This document shows positions 8,879 to 17,286 of a DNA stretch of 51,511 nucleotides, piece by piece (the stretch's first letter is position 1; every line of letters starts with the position of its first letter). The translations under genes were made by a program, and so were the position numbers. The stretch lies in the NCBI GenBank assembly GCA_002491225.1, contig DKVN01000108.1, forward strand, positions 5,249 to 56,759, given 5' to 3'. Source of the DNA: Faecalibacterium sp. UBA7177. GTDB lineage: Bacteria; Bacillota; Clostridia; Oscillospirales; Ruminococcaceae. The notes beneath the pieces are model-generated. The model saw only the letters and a list, made by a program, of their open reading frames with translations. It did no database searches and was not told the origin of the DNA.

Positions 8879-10171
8879 ATGCAGCACTGCTTTGGCCCGG
8901 CGAAAATTCTGCTGCCGGACCCCGCCATCCCCCTGCAGCAATGGGCCTGCCTCGCCTGCGACCAGTTTACCAGCCAGCCCGAGTACTGGCAGGCGGCCGA
9001 GGCCGAGGTGGGCAGCAGCCCCAGCGCCCTGCGGCTGGTGCTGCCCGAGGTGTATCTCGGCGCGCCGGACGAGGCGGAGCGGATCGTGGCCATCCACGCG
9101 GCGATGCGGCAGTACCGCGATACTGTGCTCACCCGCAGCGTGGAGGGCTACCTCTACCTCGAGCGCCGCACCACAAGCGGCACCCGGCAGGGGCTGGTGG
9201 GGGTGGTGGACCTCGAGGCCTACCGCTACGAGCCGGGGGCCGAGAGCCCGGTGCGCCCCACCGAGCAGACGGTGCCCGAGCGGATCCCGCCCCGGCTGGC
9301 GGTGCGCCGGGGCGCGGCACTCGAATGTCCCCATGTGATGCTGCTGCTCGACGACGCGGCCGCCCCGGTGCTCGCCCCGCTGGCGGACGAGACGGCGGCG
9401 ATGCGCCGGGTCTACGGCGGGCCGCTGATGCTGGGCGGCGGCGAAATCGAGGGCTGGGCCATCGAGGATCCCGCGCGGGTGCGCGCCCTCACCGAGGCCA
9501 TCGCGGCTTTAGGCAGCCAGGCCGCCTTTGACACGCGATGGCCTGCCGCGGCCGGCCGCCCGCCGCTGGCCATCGCGGTGGGGGATGGCAACCACAGCCT
9601 CGCCACCGCCAAGGCGTACTGGGAGGAGCTCAAGGCGGGCCTGCCCGCGGCGCAGCAGGCGGATCACCCCGCCCGCTACTGCCTGGTGGAGCTGTGCAGC
9701 CTGCACAGCCCGGCCATCCAGATCGAGCCGATCCACCGGGTGCTGTTTGGGACAAGCGGCCCCGCGGTGCGGCAGGCGCTGGCCGCCTATGCCGAAAAGA
9801 CCGGCGCGGGCCTTTGCACCGGGGCGGCGGCCGAAACCTGCCCCCAGCGGCTGCGGCTGCTCTGGGGCGAGGAGGAGCTTACGCTCGGCTTTGCCAGCCC
9901 CCGCCAGGCGTTGACAGTGGGCATGGTCGAGGCCTTTGTGCAGCAGTACCTCGCGGAGCACGCCGGGGCGCGGGTGGATTACATCCACGGTGAGGCGGCC
10001 TGCCGCCAGCTGGCAAGCAACGGCGGGGTCGGGTTTTTGCTGCCGCCGCTTGCCAAGAGCGACCTTTTCAAGGGCGTGGTGCTGGGGGGCGTTTTGCCCC
10101 GCAAGACCTTCAGCATGGGGCACGCCGAGGAAAAGCGATACTATCTCGAGTGCCGCAGCCTCGAGCCCTGA
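8879..10171 (+). CDS. DUF1015-like protein
   Basis: ACDQFTSQPEYW near the N-terminus and a VRPTEQTVPERIPPRL block are typical of DUF1015 proteins as I recall them. ATG at 8879 lies 8 nt after GAAAGGA. Confidence 0.6.
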   Translation: MQHCFGPAKILLPDPAIPLQQWACLACDQFTSQPEYWQAAEAEVGSSPSALRLVLPEVYLGAPDEAERIVAIHAAMRQYRDTVLTRSVEGYLYLERRTTSGTRQGLVGVVDLEAYRYEPGAESPVRPTEQTVPERIPPRLAVRRGAALECPHVMLLLDDAAAPVLAPLADETAAMRRVYGGPLMLGGGEIEGWAIEDPARVRALTEAIAALGSQAAFDTRWPAAAGRPPLAIAVGDGNHSLATAKAYWEELKAGLPAAQQADHPARYCLVELCSLHSPAIQIEPIHRVLFGTSGPAVRQALAAYAEKTGAGLCTGAAAETCPQRLRLLWGEEELTLGFASPRQALTVGMVEAFVQQYLAEHAGARVDYIHGEAACRQLASNGGVGFLLPPLAKSDLFKGVVLGGVLPRKTFSMGHAEEKRYYLECRSLEP

Positions 10172-10212
10172 GCCTGACGGTCTGAACCATCCGGCCGCCC
10201 GCGCCATCCGGG

Positions 10213-10279
10213 CCCGCGCCGAAAGGAAGCGCGGGCCTGCACCGAAAGCCGCGCGGCCCCGCGCCGAAAGGAAGCGCGG
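10213..10279 (+). repeat. Two perfect copies of a 22-bp hairpin-forming repeat in the helicase leader
   Basis: cccgcgccgaaaggaagcgcgg occurs at 10213..10234 and 10258..10279. Each copy can fold as CCGCGC-loop-GCGCGG. Confidence 0.8.
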
Positions 10280-10404
10280 CCTCCAAAAACAAGCAAAGAA
10301 AACGGAATGCCGCGCCCACTCCGGGCCGCGCAGCGCCGGGCCCGGCCCGGCAGCGCCCCGGCGGGCGGACGGCACAAGGAGAAACAGAAAAGAATGGGAA
10401 GCAA

Positions 10405-12243
10405 ATGACATTTCATGACCTGGATTTGATCCCGCAGCTGCTCAAGGCAGTGGAAAAGGCGGGCTACGAGACCCCCTCGCCCATCCAGCAAAAGGCCATC
10501 CGGCCGGTGCTGGCCGGGCGGGATCTGCTGGGCTGCGCCCAGACCGGCACCGGCAAGACCGCCGCCTTCGCCCTGCCCATCCTGCAGCGGCTGGCGGCGG
10601 CCCGCCCGGCCAGGCGCCAGGTGCGGGCGCTGATCCTCACCCCCACCCGGGAGCTCGCGCTGCAGATCGACGAGAGCTTTGCCGAGTACGGGCGGTACCT
10701 GCCGCTGCGCCACGCGGTCATCTTTGGCGGGGTGGGGCAGGGACCGCAGGTAGCGGCATTGCAGCACGGGGTGGATATCCTCGTGGCCTGCCCCGGCCGC
10801 CTCAACGACCTCATCGGACAGGGCTTTGTCGAGCTGGGCGGGGTCGAGATCTTTGTGCTGGACGAGGCCGACCGGATGCTGGACATGGGCTTTGTGCAGG
10901 ATGTCAAAAAGGTCATCCGGCACCTGCCCCAAAAGCGGCAGACCCTGCTTTTCAGTGCCACCATGCCCGCCGAGATCGAGCAGCTGGCCGAGAGCATCCT
11001 GCGTGACCCCGTCGAGGTCAAGGTCGACCCGGTCTCGAGCACGGTGGACAAGATCGAGCAGAGCCTCTACTATGTGAGCAAGGCGGACAAACCCGCCCTG
11101 CTGGCAAAATTAGTGGGCCAGCCGCAGGTGAAAAACGCCCTCATCTTCAGCCGCACCAAGCACGGGGCGGACAAGATCGCCCGCATCCTCAACAAGGAGG
11201 GCATCCCGGCGGCGGCCATCCACGGCAACAAGAGCCAGAACGCCCGGGTCGCCGCCCTCGAGAGCTTCAAGGCCGGCAAGGTCAAGGCGCTGGTCGCCAC
11301 CGACATCGCCGCCCGCGGCATCGACATCAGCGACCTCTCGCACGTCTTCAACTACGACCTGCCCGAGGTGGCCGAGACCTATGTCCACCGCATCGGGCGC
11401 ACCGCCCGCGCCGGGCAGAGCGGCTACGCCGTCAGCTTCTGCACCCCCGAGGAGCAGGAGTATCTGGCCGGCATCGAAAAGCTCAACCGCAAAAAGATCC
11501 CGGTGGCGGGCGGGCAGCCGGTCTCGGCCGCTGAGGCAAAGCAGGCCGCCGCCGAGCTGGCCCGGGCCAAGGCCGAGGCGATCCAGGCGCGGGTTGCCGC
11601 GAAGCGCGGCGGGATGCCCGCGCGGCCTGCGGCGCAGGCCGCCGCAAAGCCCGCGGCGAAATCCGCCGTAAAACCTGCCCCAAAAACCGCTGCCCCCGCC
11701 GAGGCGGCCGAGCCCTACCATGGGCCGAAGCCCTTCTGGATGCCGGCCGAACAAGAACAAGGAAAAGAGGGATCCCCTGTGGAAAAGGACCGTTCCGCCA
11801 ACGGCGAGGGCCTGTCGGCCAGCGCCAAGCGCCGCCGTCGCCGCCGCCGCGCCGCGGCAGACTCCGGCGCGCAGGCCGCCGCGCCGCAGACCCGCACCCC
11901 CGCCGCGGACAAATCCGCCAAGGCCGCCCCTGCCCGCCCCGCCGCGAATCGGGAGCGGGAGGATCGCCGCCGCGCCCCGCAGCCCGCACAGCCCCGGCAG
12001 GGCGCGAAGCAGAGCGCCCCGCAGAGCAGCGGCCCGCAGCAGGGCAAACAGCGCCAGCAGGAGCGGGCGGCCAGGCCCGCCAAAGCGCCCCAGGCCCGCC
12101 GCCCCGCGCAGGAGGAGGATCCCGGCCTGCTGCTGATCGCCCGCAAGCCCCCGCAGCAAAAGTTCACCAGCTTTGAGGAGTATATGAAAAGCCACGGCGG
12201 TGCCACCGAGCCGATCCCCGATCCCGAGGACTCGAAGGATTGA
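10405..12243 (+). CDS. DEAD-box ATP-dependent RNA helicase with a long basic low-complexity tail
   Basis: Q-motif (TPSPIQ), [30 protein letters not shown] and [10 protein letters not shown] motifs. C-terminal ~230 aa are A/P/Q/R-rich. Confidence 0.92.
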   Translation: MTFHDLDLIPQLLKAVEKAGYETPSPIQQKAIRPVLAGRDLLGCAQTGTGKTAAFALPILQRLAAARPARRQVRALILTPTRELALQIDESFAEYGRYLPLRHAVIFGGVGQGPQVAALQHGVDILVACPGRLNDLIGQGFVELGGVEIFVLDEADRMLDMGFVQDVKKVIRHLPQKRQTLLFSATMPAEIEQLAESILRDPVEVKVDPVSSTVDKIEQSLYYVSKADKPALLAKLVGQPQVKNALIFSRTKHGADKIARILNKEGIPAAAIHGNKSQNARVAALESFKAGKVKALVATDIAARGIDISDLSHVFNYDLPEVAETYVHRIGRTARAGQSGYAVSFCTPEEQEYLAGIEKLNRKKIPVAGGQPVSAAEAKQAAAELARAKAEAIQARVAAKRGGMPARPAAQAAAKPAAKSAVKPAPKTAAPAEAAEPYHGPKPFWMPAEQEQGKEGSPVEKDRSANGEGLSASAKRRRRRRRAAADSGAQAAAPQTRTPAADKSAKAAPARPAANREREDRRRAPQPAQPRQGAKQSAPQSSGPQQGKQRQQERAARPAKAPQARRPAQEEDPGLLLIARKPPQQKFTSFEEYMKSHGGATEPIPDPEDSKD

Positions 12244-12336
12244 ATCTGCGCCGCGCTGCGCACAGTACGCATATGATTTTATAAAGCCCGCACAAAGCCG
12301 TCCGGCGGTTTTTGTGCAGGCTGCCGCATAAAAAAG

Positions 12337-12376
12337 CAAGGCCGCGAAGCCCCGTTTTGAGGGTCTCGCGGCCTTG
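12337..12376. terminator. Bidirectional hairpin between the helicase gene and the small minus-strand ORF
   Basis: caaggccgcga (12337..12347) pairs with tcgcggccttg (12366..12376). An A-run lies upstream and a T-rich run downstream. Confidence 0.5.
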
Positions 12377-12458
12377 TTGGCGTTTTGCCGCCCGGTTTTG
12401 GCGGCAGGGAGGGGTTATGGCGGCTTTGAGCCGCGGGCAGCAGAGTGCGTCCTCGCGC

Positions 12459-12653
12459 TCACAGGTCGTCGGCGTCCTGTACCGGCTGCTCTCCGGCGTC
12501 CGGGGCGGGCAAGCCGGTCCAGCTGCCCTGCGGGTCGGTCTTGCTGGGGTGCATCCCGGCGATCATACCGGGCAGCGGGGCGGGCAGGTCGATCCAGAAC
12601 TCCTCGTTTTCCTGCCGGGCGGCGGTCTCTTTCGGATCCTCTTTCGGCGGCAT
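12459..12653 (-). CDS. Small acidic hypothetical protein (64 aa)
   Basis: ATG at 12653 is preceded by AAAGGAGGAG with a 5-nt spacer. Translation is MPPKEDPKETAARQENEEFWIDLPAPLPGMIAGMH.. and a terminator follows. It is hidden inside the C-terminus of the spurious 456-aa ORF 12459..13829. Confidence 0.45.
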   Translation of the reverse strand: MPPKEDPKETAARQENEEFWIDLPAPLPGMIAGMHPSKTDPQGSWTGLPAPDAGEQPVQDADDL

Positions 12654-12773
12654 GGCGTCTCCTCCTTTGGTGATGGCTTCGTTCTGTATACAGCATCGCC
12701 GGGTTGCCCAAGCTGTATGCAGTTCCGGTGCGAATTTTTTCACTCCCGCACCGGCCCAAAGGAGACGAATGCC

Positions 12774-13790
12774 ATGCGAACGACCGGCCCACGGGCCTTT
12801 TGGCTTGCCTTTTTCATCACCCTCGGGGTGGTGGTGCCGCTGCTGGGCAGCTTTGCGCTCACCGCCGTCTGGCAAAAGCAGGACGCCGCCCCCGCCCAGC
12901 AGCCCCAGAGCGGGGTGCCCATCCGCACCCCCGGGCCCCGGCACAGCGGCACCGCGCTGGTGGCCGTGGCCGGGCAGCGCCCGGCCTTTGTGCTGCTGCG
13001 GCTGGACGCGCGGGAGAACGCCGTCACCCTGCAAGCGGTGCCGGGCGAGAGCGTGCTGCAGGGGCAGAGCGGCCCGGTGCTGCTGGCCGAGAGCTATGCC
13101 GCCGCCGGGCCCGCCCGCGCCTGCGCCCTGCTGAGCGAGACGCTCGGCATCCCGATCGACCGGTACCTCGCCCTCACCCCGGACACCCTCGCCGCGGCGC
13201 TCGAGGGGGCGGGCAGCGTCCGGCTCAACCTCACCGGGCTGCTCAGCGAGGCCGAGCAGGCCGCCCTCGGCCTCGCCGGGCCGGTGCAGGAGTACGACCC
13301 CGCCGCGGCCGCCGCCTTTCTGGCCGGGCAGGATGGCGCCCTCCCGCCCGACCGGGCGGGCAGCCTGCGGGCCGGATTGTGGGAGGCGTACCTGCGCCAG
13401 AATCTCGAACGGCTGCCCGCCGCCCTGCCGGACGGCCTGCGCGGGGTGAGCGGCCGCCTGCTCACCGACCTCTCGGCCGAGGACCTCTACACCCTGGCCC
13501 AGACCCTCGACTTTCTGGCCGGGGCCGGGCAGGCCCAGCGCACCGACACCGGCGACGCCCTGCCCGGGGACGGTGACCCCGCGCAGGACGGCCTGCGGAT
13601 CACCGCCGGGGTGCTGCCCGGCCATTGGGACGAGCGGGCCGGGCGGTACGAGTTCACCGAGGAGACCGTCGCCCTCGCGGCCCAGCTGTTCGGCGCGGCG
13701 GGGGAGGCGGAGCCGGAAGAGACGCCGGAACCGACCCAGACGCCACAACCGGTGCCTGGCCAACCATCCGGGCAAACGCCCGCCGCGTGA
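12774..13790 (+). CDS. Membrane-anchored LytR-CpsA-Psr (LCP)-like protein, degenerate
   Basis: ATG at 12774 after AAAGGAG. N-terminal TM segment. FVLLRLDARENAVTLQAVPGESVL...LGIPIDRYLALTPDTLAAALEGAGSVRLNL resembles the LCP core. Confidence 0.45.
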   Translation: MRTTGPRAFWLAFFITLGVVVPLLGSFALTAVWQKQDAAPAQQPQSGVPIRTPGPRHSGTALVAVAGQRPAFVLLRLDARENAVTLQAVPGESVLQGQSGPVLLAESYAAAGPARACALLSETLGIPIDRYLALTPDTLAAALEGAGSVRLNLTGLLSEAEQAALGLAGPVQEYDPAAAAAFLAGQDGALPPDRAGSLRAGLWEAYLRQNLERLPAALPDGLRGVSGRLLTDLSAEDLYTLAQTLDFLAGAGQAQRTDTGDALPGDGDPAQDGLRITAGVLPGHWDERAGRYEFTEETVALAAQLFGAAGEAEPEETPEPTQTPQPVPGQPSGQTPAA

Positions 13791-13797
13791 GGCCCGT

Positions 13798-15264
13798 TCA
13801 CCCCCACGCCCCGGCCAGCGTCCCGGCAAGCAGCGGGATGTCCCCCGGCGGGAGCCCGGCGTAGCCCACCACCACCGTGCGGGGCGGGCAGCGCTCGGGG
13901 CGGGCCATGTAGTAGCTGCTCAGCCCGGCCAGCCGCACCCCCGCCGCCGCGGCCCGCGCCACCATCTGCCGCTCATCCGGCCCATCGGTCAGGCTCAGCA
14001 GCAGGTGCAGCCCGCTGTGCCGCCCCTGCAGCCGCAGCCGCCCCGGGCCAAAGGCCGCTTCGAGCGCCGCGGCCAGCGTCTCCATCCGCAGCCGGTAGGC
14101 CTTGCGCAGCCGGGCCAGATGCCGGGTGAAGAGCCCGTCCTCCAAAAAGCGGGTGAGGGTCTGCTGCTCAAACCGGCTCACCGTGCTGGCGTAGGCCCCG
14201 TACATCGCCCGGTAGCGGGGCAGCAGCGGCCGCGGCAGCACCATGCAGGCGATGCGGATGCTCGGGGCCAGGCTCTTGGAAAAGGTGGTCAGGTAGATCA
14301 CCGGCCCGTCCGGCCCGGCCATGCCCTGCAGGCTCGGCAGCGGGCGGATGTCGTACCGGAATTCGGAATCGTAGTCGTCCTCCAAAATCAGCCGGTCCGG
14401 CCCGCCGCGGGCCCAGGCGAGCAGCTCGGCCCGCCGCCCGGCCGGCATGGTCACCCCGGTGGGAAACTGGTGGCTCGGGGTCACATAGGCGATCCGCGCC
14501 CCGCACCCGGTCAGCGCCGGCACCGGCAGCCCGCCCCGGTCGATGTCCAGCGGGATACAGGGGATGCCGTTGTTCTCCAGCACGGTGCGGCTGCGGGCGT
14601 AGCCGGGGTTTTCCACAGCCGCGCTGCCGCCCACCAGCAGCCTTGCCAGCAGCCCCAGCAGGTACTCCAGCCCCGCGCCCACCACCACCTGTTCGGGCCC
14701 GCACTGCACCCCGCGGTAGGCCCGCAGATAGGCCGCGATCGCCCCGCGCAGGTTTTCATCCCCCTGCCGGTGCCCGTGGCCCAGCAGCTCGGGGGCCGAG
14801 TAGAGCAGCTCCTTCTGGATCCGCCCCCAGCTGCGAAAGGGGAAGAGCGCGGTGTCCACCCCGCTGGTCGAGAGGTCGAACCGCACCGGCGCGCCGCCGG
14901 GGGCCGTCGCCGCGGTTTGGTCCGCCGCCGCCCCTTCCGCTGCGCTGCCCTCCGCCGCGCCGGGCAGCCCGCCCGCGGGCGGCGGGGCTGTGCCGCCTTC
15001 CGCCGCGCGCAGCGGCTGCATCTGCTGCACCACAAAGCCGCTGCGGGGGCGGCTCTCGAGATACCCCTCGGCGGCCAGCATCTGGTAGGCGGTGTCCACC
15101 GTGTTCACGCTCACCCCCAGCGCCTCGGCCAGGCTGCGCTTGCCCGGCAGGCGACTGCCCGCCGCAAGGCCTCCGGTGCGGATCAGCCGGGCCAGATGCC
15201 CGTACAGCTGCTCGTACAGCGGCAGCGTGCCCCCCGGCTCGAGCGTAAAGGGAAGTTCTAGCAT
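13798..15264 (-). CDS. MocR/PdxR-type regulator (GntR HTH fused to a fold-type I aminotransferase-like domain)
   Basis: N-terminal PLYEQLYGHLARLIRTGGL..LPGKRSLAEALGVSVNTVDTAYQMLAAEGYLESRPRSGFVV, then an aminotransferase-like domain (TFSKSLAPSIR). ATG at 15264 after AAAGGAGGGGG. Confidence 0.85.
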   Translation of the reverse strand: MLELPFTLEPGGTLPLYEQLYGHLARLIRTGGLAAGSRLPGKRSLAEALGVSVNTVDTAYQMLAAEGYLESRPRSGFVVQQMQPLRAAEGGTAPPPAGGLPGAAEGSAAEGAAADQTAATAPGGAPVRFDLSTSGVDTALFPFRSWGRIQKELLYSAPELLGHGHRQGDENLRGAIAAYLRAYRGVQCGPEQVVVGAGLEYLLGLLARLLVGGSAAVENPGYARSRTVLENNGIPCIPLDIDRGGLPVPALTGCGARIAYVTPSHQFPTGVTMPAGRRAELLAWARGGPDRLILEDDYDSEFRYDIRPLPSLQGMAGPDGPVIYLTTFSKSLAPSIRIACMVLPRPLLPRYRAMYGAYASTVSRFEQQTLTRFLEDGLFTRHLARLRKAYRLRMETLAAALEAAFGPGRLRLQGRHSGLHLLLSLTDGPDERQMVARAAAAGVRLAGLSSYYMARPERCPPRTVVVGYAGLPPGDIPLLAGTLAGAWG

Positions 15265-15445
15265 CGTTGCCCCCTCCTTTGTTCTCACAAAAGCCCATCT
15301 GCGCCAGACTGAACCCATAAAAAAGTTGTATACTGGATATTTTCATAGGGTCAGAATCGGCTATAATGGAAGCATAGAACAGCGGAGCGCGCTTGTCAAG
15401 GGCTTTATCGGCCCGCCGCGCACCCCGCGGGGGGAGGAACCGTCC

Positions 15446-16036
15446 ATGCAAACCAAACAGCCCTACTTTACCGCCCGGCGGCTGGCCGCCTTTGGGGTGA
15501 TGAGCGCGCTGGTCTTTGTCTCCAGCTGGATGCAGATCCCGATCGGGGAGGTCACCCGCATCCATCTGGGCAACGGCTTCTGCGCCCTCACCGGCCTGCT
15601 CTTCGGCCCGGCCATCGGGGGGCTCGCCAGCGGGGTGGGCAGCATGCTCTTTGATTTTACCAACCCGCTCTACATCGCGGAGAGCTGGATCACCTTTATC
15701 CTCAAGTTCTTCATCGGCTTTCTGGCCGGGGCCATCAGCCACTACCGGGCGGCCGAGGAGGGCTTTTCCAAGGCCAAGGATATCCTCGGCGCGGCGGTGG
15801 GCGCTGTAGCCTATGTCCTGCTCTATCTCGGCAAAACCCTCGTCATCAAGCTGTATCTTGAGCATCAGGCCCTCGGCGCGGTGCAGGCGCAGCTGGTCAC
15901 CAAGGCCATCGCCTCCGGCATCAACGCGGCGGCGGCGGTGGTGGTGTCGGTGCTGCTGGCCGCGGCTTTGCGCCCCGCCCTCTCCCGCGCGGGTCTCTTC
16001 GGCAGCCTCACCGGCCCAAGGCCAGGCGAGGCGTGA
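15446..16036 (+). CDS. ECF transporter S component (substrate unknown; vitamin B6-type suspected from context)
   Basis: 196-aa, ~6-TM protein with an ECF-S style N-terminus (LAAFGVMSALVFVSSWMQIPIG). Divergent from the MocR/PdxR-like regulator. ATG at 15446 after GGGGGAGGA. Confidence 0.7.
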   Translation: MQTKQPYFTARRLAAFGVMSALVFVSSWMQIPIGEVTRIHLGNGFCALTGLLFGPAIGGLASGVGSMLFDFTNPLYIAESWITFILKFFIGFLAGAISHYRAAEEGFSKAKDILGAAVGAVAYVLLYLGKTLVIKLYLEHQALGAVQAQLVTKAIASGINAAAAVVVSVLLAAALRPALSRAGLFGSLTGPRPGEA

Positions 16037-16074
16037 GCGGGGCGGGGAACAGGAAAACGGTATGACAACAAAAA

Positions 16075-16107
16075 GCCGCGGCGCACAGACGAGCGCCGCG
16101 GCTTTTT
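16075..16107. terminator. Bidirectional rho-independent terminator
   Basis: gccgcggcgc (16075..16084), 8-nt loop, gcgccgcggc (16093..16102), then TTTTT. An A-run lies on the 5' side. Confidence 0.8.
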
Positions 16108-16129
16108 GTGTGGTTTGCTGGGAGAAGAT

Positions 16130-16477
16130 TCAGCCCCCGGACGCACTGTGCGTCGGGTGATTCGCCGTGTCCCCAGCCGACGCGGTCAGCATGTTCCGGC
16201 AGACCTGCGCGGCAAGGATCGCCCCCAACTGAAGCCCGACCTCCATCGAGACGGCCTCCAGCTCACTGCCGTAGTCCCACACAAAGCGGGTGACCTCCTC
16301 GTATTCCTCCGCTCGTGGGAACGCCCTGTGCAGCCGGGCTGTCATGGGCTGCTCCACCCGCGCCATCCGCTCATTGTAACCGCACGGACGGTCGGCGTAT
16401 TCCTCCGTCCCATACAGCAAAAAGGATCGGATCTGCCCCAAATCGGCCCTTGCAAAAACCTCGCCCCAGTTGTTCAT
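16130..16477 (-). CDS. Hypothetical protein (115 aa)
   Basis: Non-repetitive translation (MNNWGEVFARADLGQIRSFLLYGTEEYADRP..). AAAGGAG upstream. Lower GC than its surroundings. No family recognised. Confidence 0.5.
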   Translation of the reverse strand: MNNWGEVFARADLGQIRSFLLYGTEEYADRPCGYNERMARVEQPMTARLHRAFPRAEEYEEVTRFVWDYGSELEAVSMEVGLQLGAILAAQVCRNMLTASAGDTANHPTHSASGG

Positions 16478-16561
16478 AAAAAATTTACATCTCCTTTGTT
16501 CGCTTATTGATTGAAAGAATTCGCTAAAAACCGTATACTGCCAAGCATAGGGGGTGATCGG

Positions 16562-16774
16562 TTGACCGCCGCAAAAAAGATTCGGCTGCTTTTGGTGGAG
16601 CGCGATATGACATTGACCGAGTTATCCAAGCTGCTGAACAAAAGCCTCTCGACCATGAGCGGGAAGATGAAGCGCGATAACTTTTCTGAAAAAGACCTGA
16701 GGCAGATCGCAGACCTGCTCAACTGTGACTATGAGCCTGTTTTTACCGACAGGGATACCGGCAAAAAGGTTTGA
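16562..16774 (+). CDS. XRE-family HTH protein (70 aa), paralog 1
   Basis: TTG at 16562 after AGGGGGTGA gives a 70-aa product, MTAAKKIRLLLVERDMTLTELSKLL..RDTGKKV. It is colinear with the 70-aa paralog at 16962. Confidence 0.65.
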   Translation: MTAAKKIRLLLVERDMTLTELSKLLNKSLSTMSGKMKRDNFSEKDLRQIADLLNCDYEPVFTDRDTGKKV

Positions 16775-16894
16775 CCATAGTGCACAGGAAAATAGTGTTT
16801 TAGTTCCATATCAAATTATTTTATTTGATAATACACTATTTAGTGTGATTTGTAAAGTGAATTATCATTTTTTTGTAAGATTAACTACTTTGGA

Positions 16895-16923
16895 TTGATG
16901 AAAATGCTGCTTTCGTGTATAAT
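16895..16923 (+). promoter_or_regulatory. Sigma-70-type promoter for XRE paralog 2
   Basis: TTGATG (16895..16900), 17-nt spacer, TATAAT (16918..16923), inside a very AT-rich 187-bp intergenic region. Confidence 0.6.
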
Positions 16924-16961
16924 AACACAATACTATACTGAATGAAAAAGAGGAACGGATC

Positions 16962-17174
16962 ATGGGAATGGCGCTGAAAATACGAACCATTCTGCTGGAG
17001 CGGCATATGACCATCAAAGAACTGGCCGAAAAAATCGGTACAACGGGGAATAACCTGAGCAACAAATTTGCCCGCGATAACCTGTCCGAGAAAGAACTGC
17101 GGGTCATCGCTGACGCGCTGGACTGCGACTACGACGGCATCTTCACCTTTCGGGATACTGGCAAAAAGGTTTGA
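16962..17174 (+). CDS. XRE-family HTH protein (70 aa), paralog 2
   Basis: MGMALKIRTILLERHMTIKELAEKIGTTGNNLSNKF..FRDTGKKV. Roughly half its residues are identical to paralog 1 by eye. AAGAGGAA RBS. Confidence 0.7.
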   Translation: MGMALKIRTILLERHMTIKELAEKIGTTGNNLSNKFARDNLSEKELRVIADALDCDYDGIFTFRDTGKKV

Positions 17175-17286
17175 CCATAACGCTGCGCGGAAGCTGTGCC
17201 TGCCGCGGCGGATCACAACAAAAGCACCCTGTAAGTTTTTACCGCTTACAGGGTGCTTTGCTGTTGATACCGGAACGGGGCGGCCG

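Noticed and set aside
11560-12243. The long A/P/Q/R-rich tail of the DEAD-box helicase. I considered a separate gene or a frameshift artefact.
   Set aside because: The frame is continuous from the helicase core with no internal RBS or start context. Basic disordered C-terminal tails are common in RhlE/CshA-type helicases.
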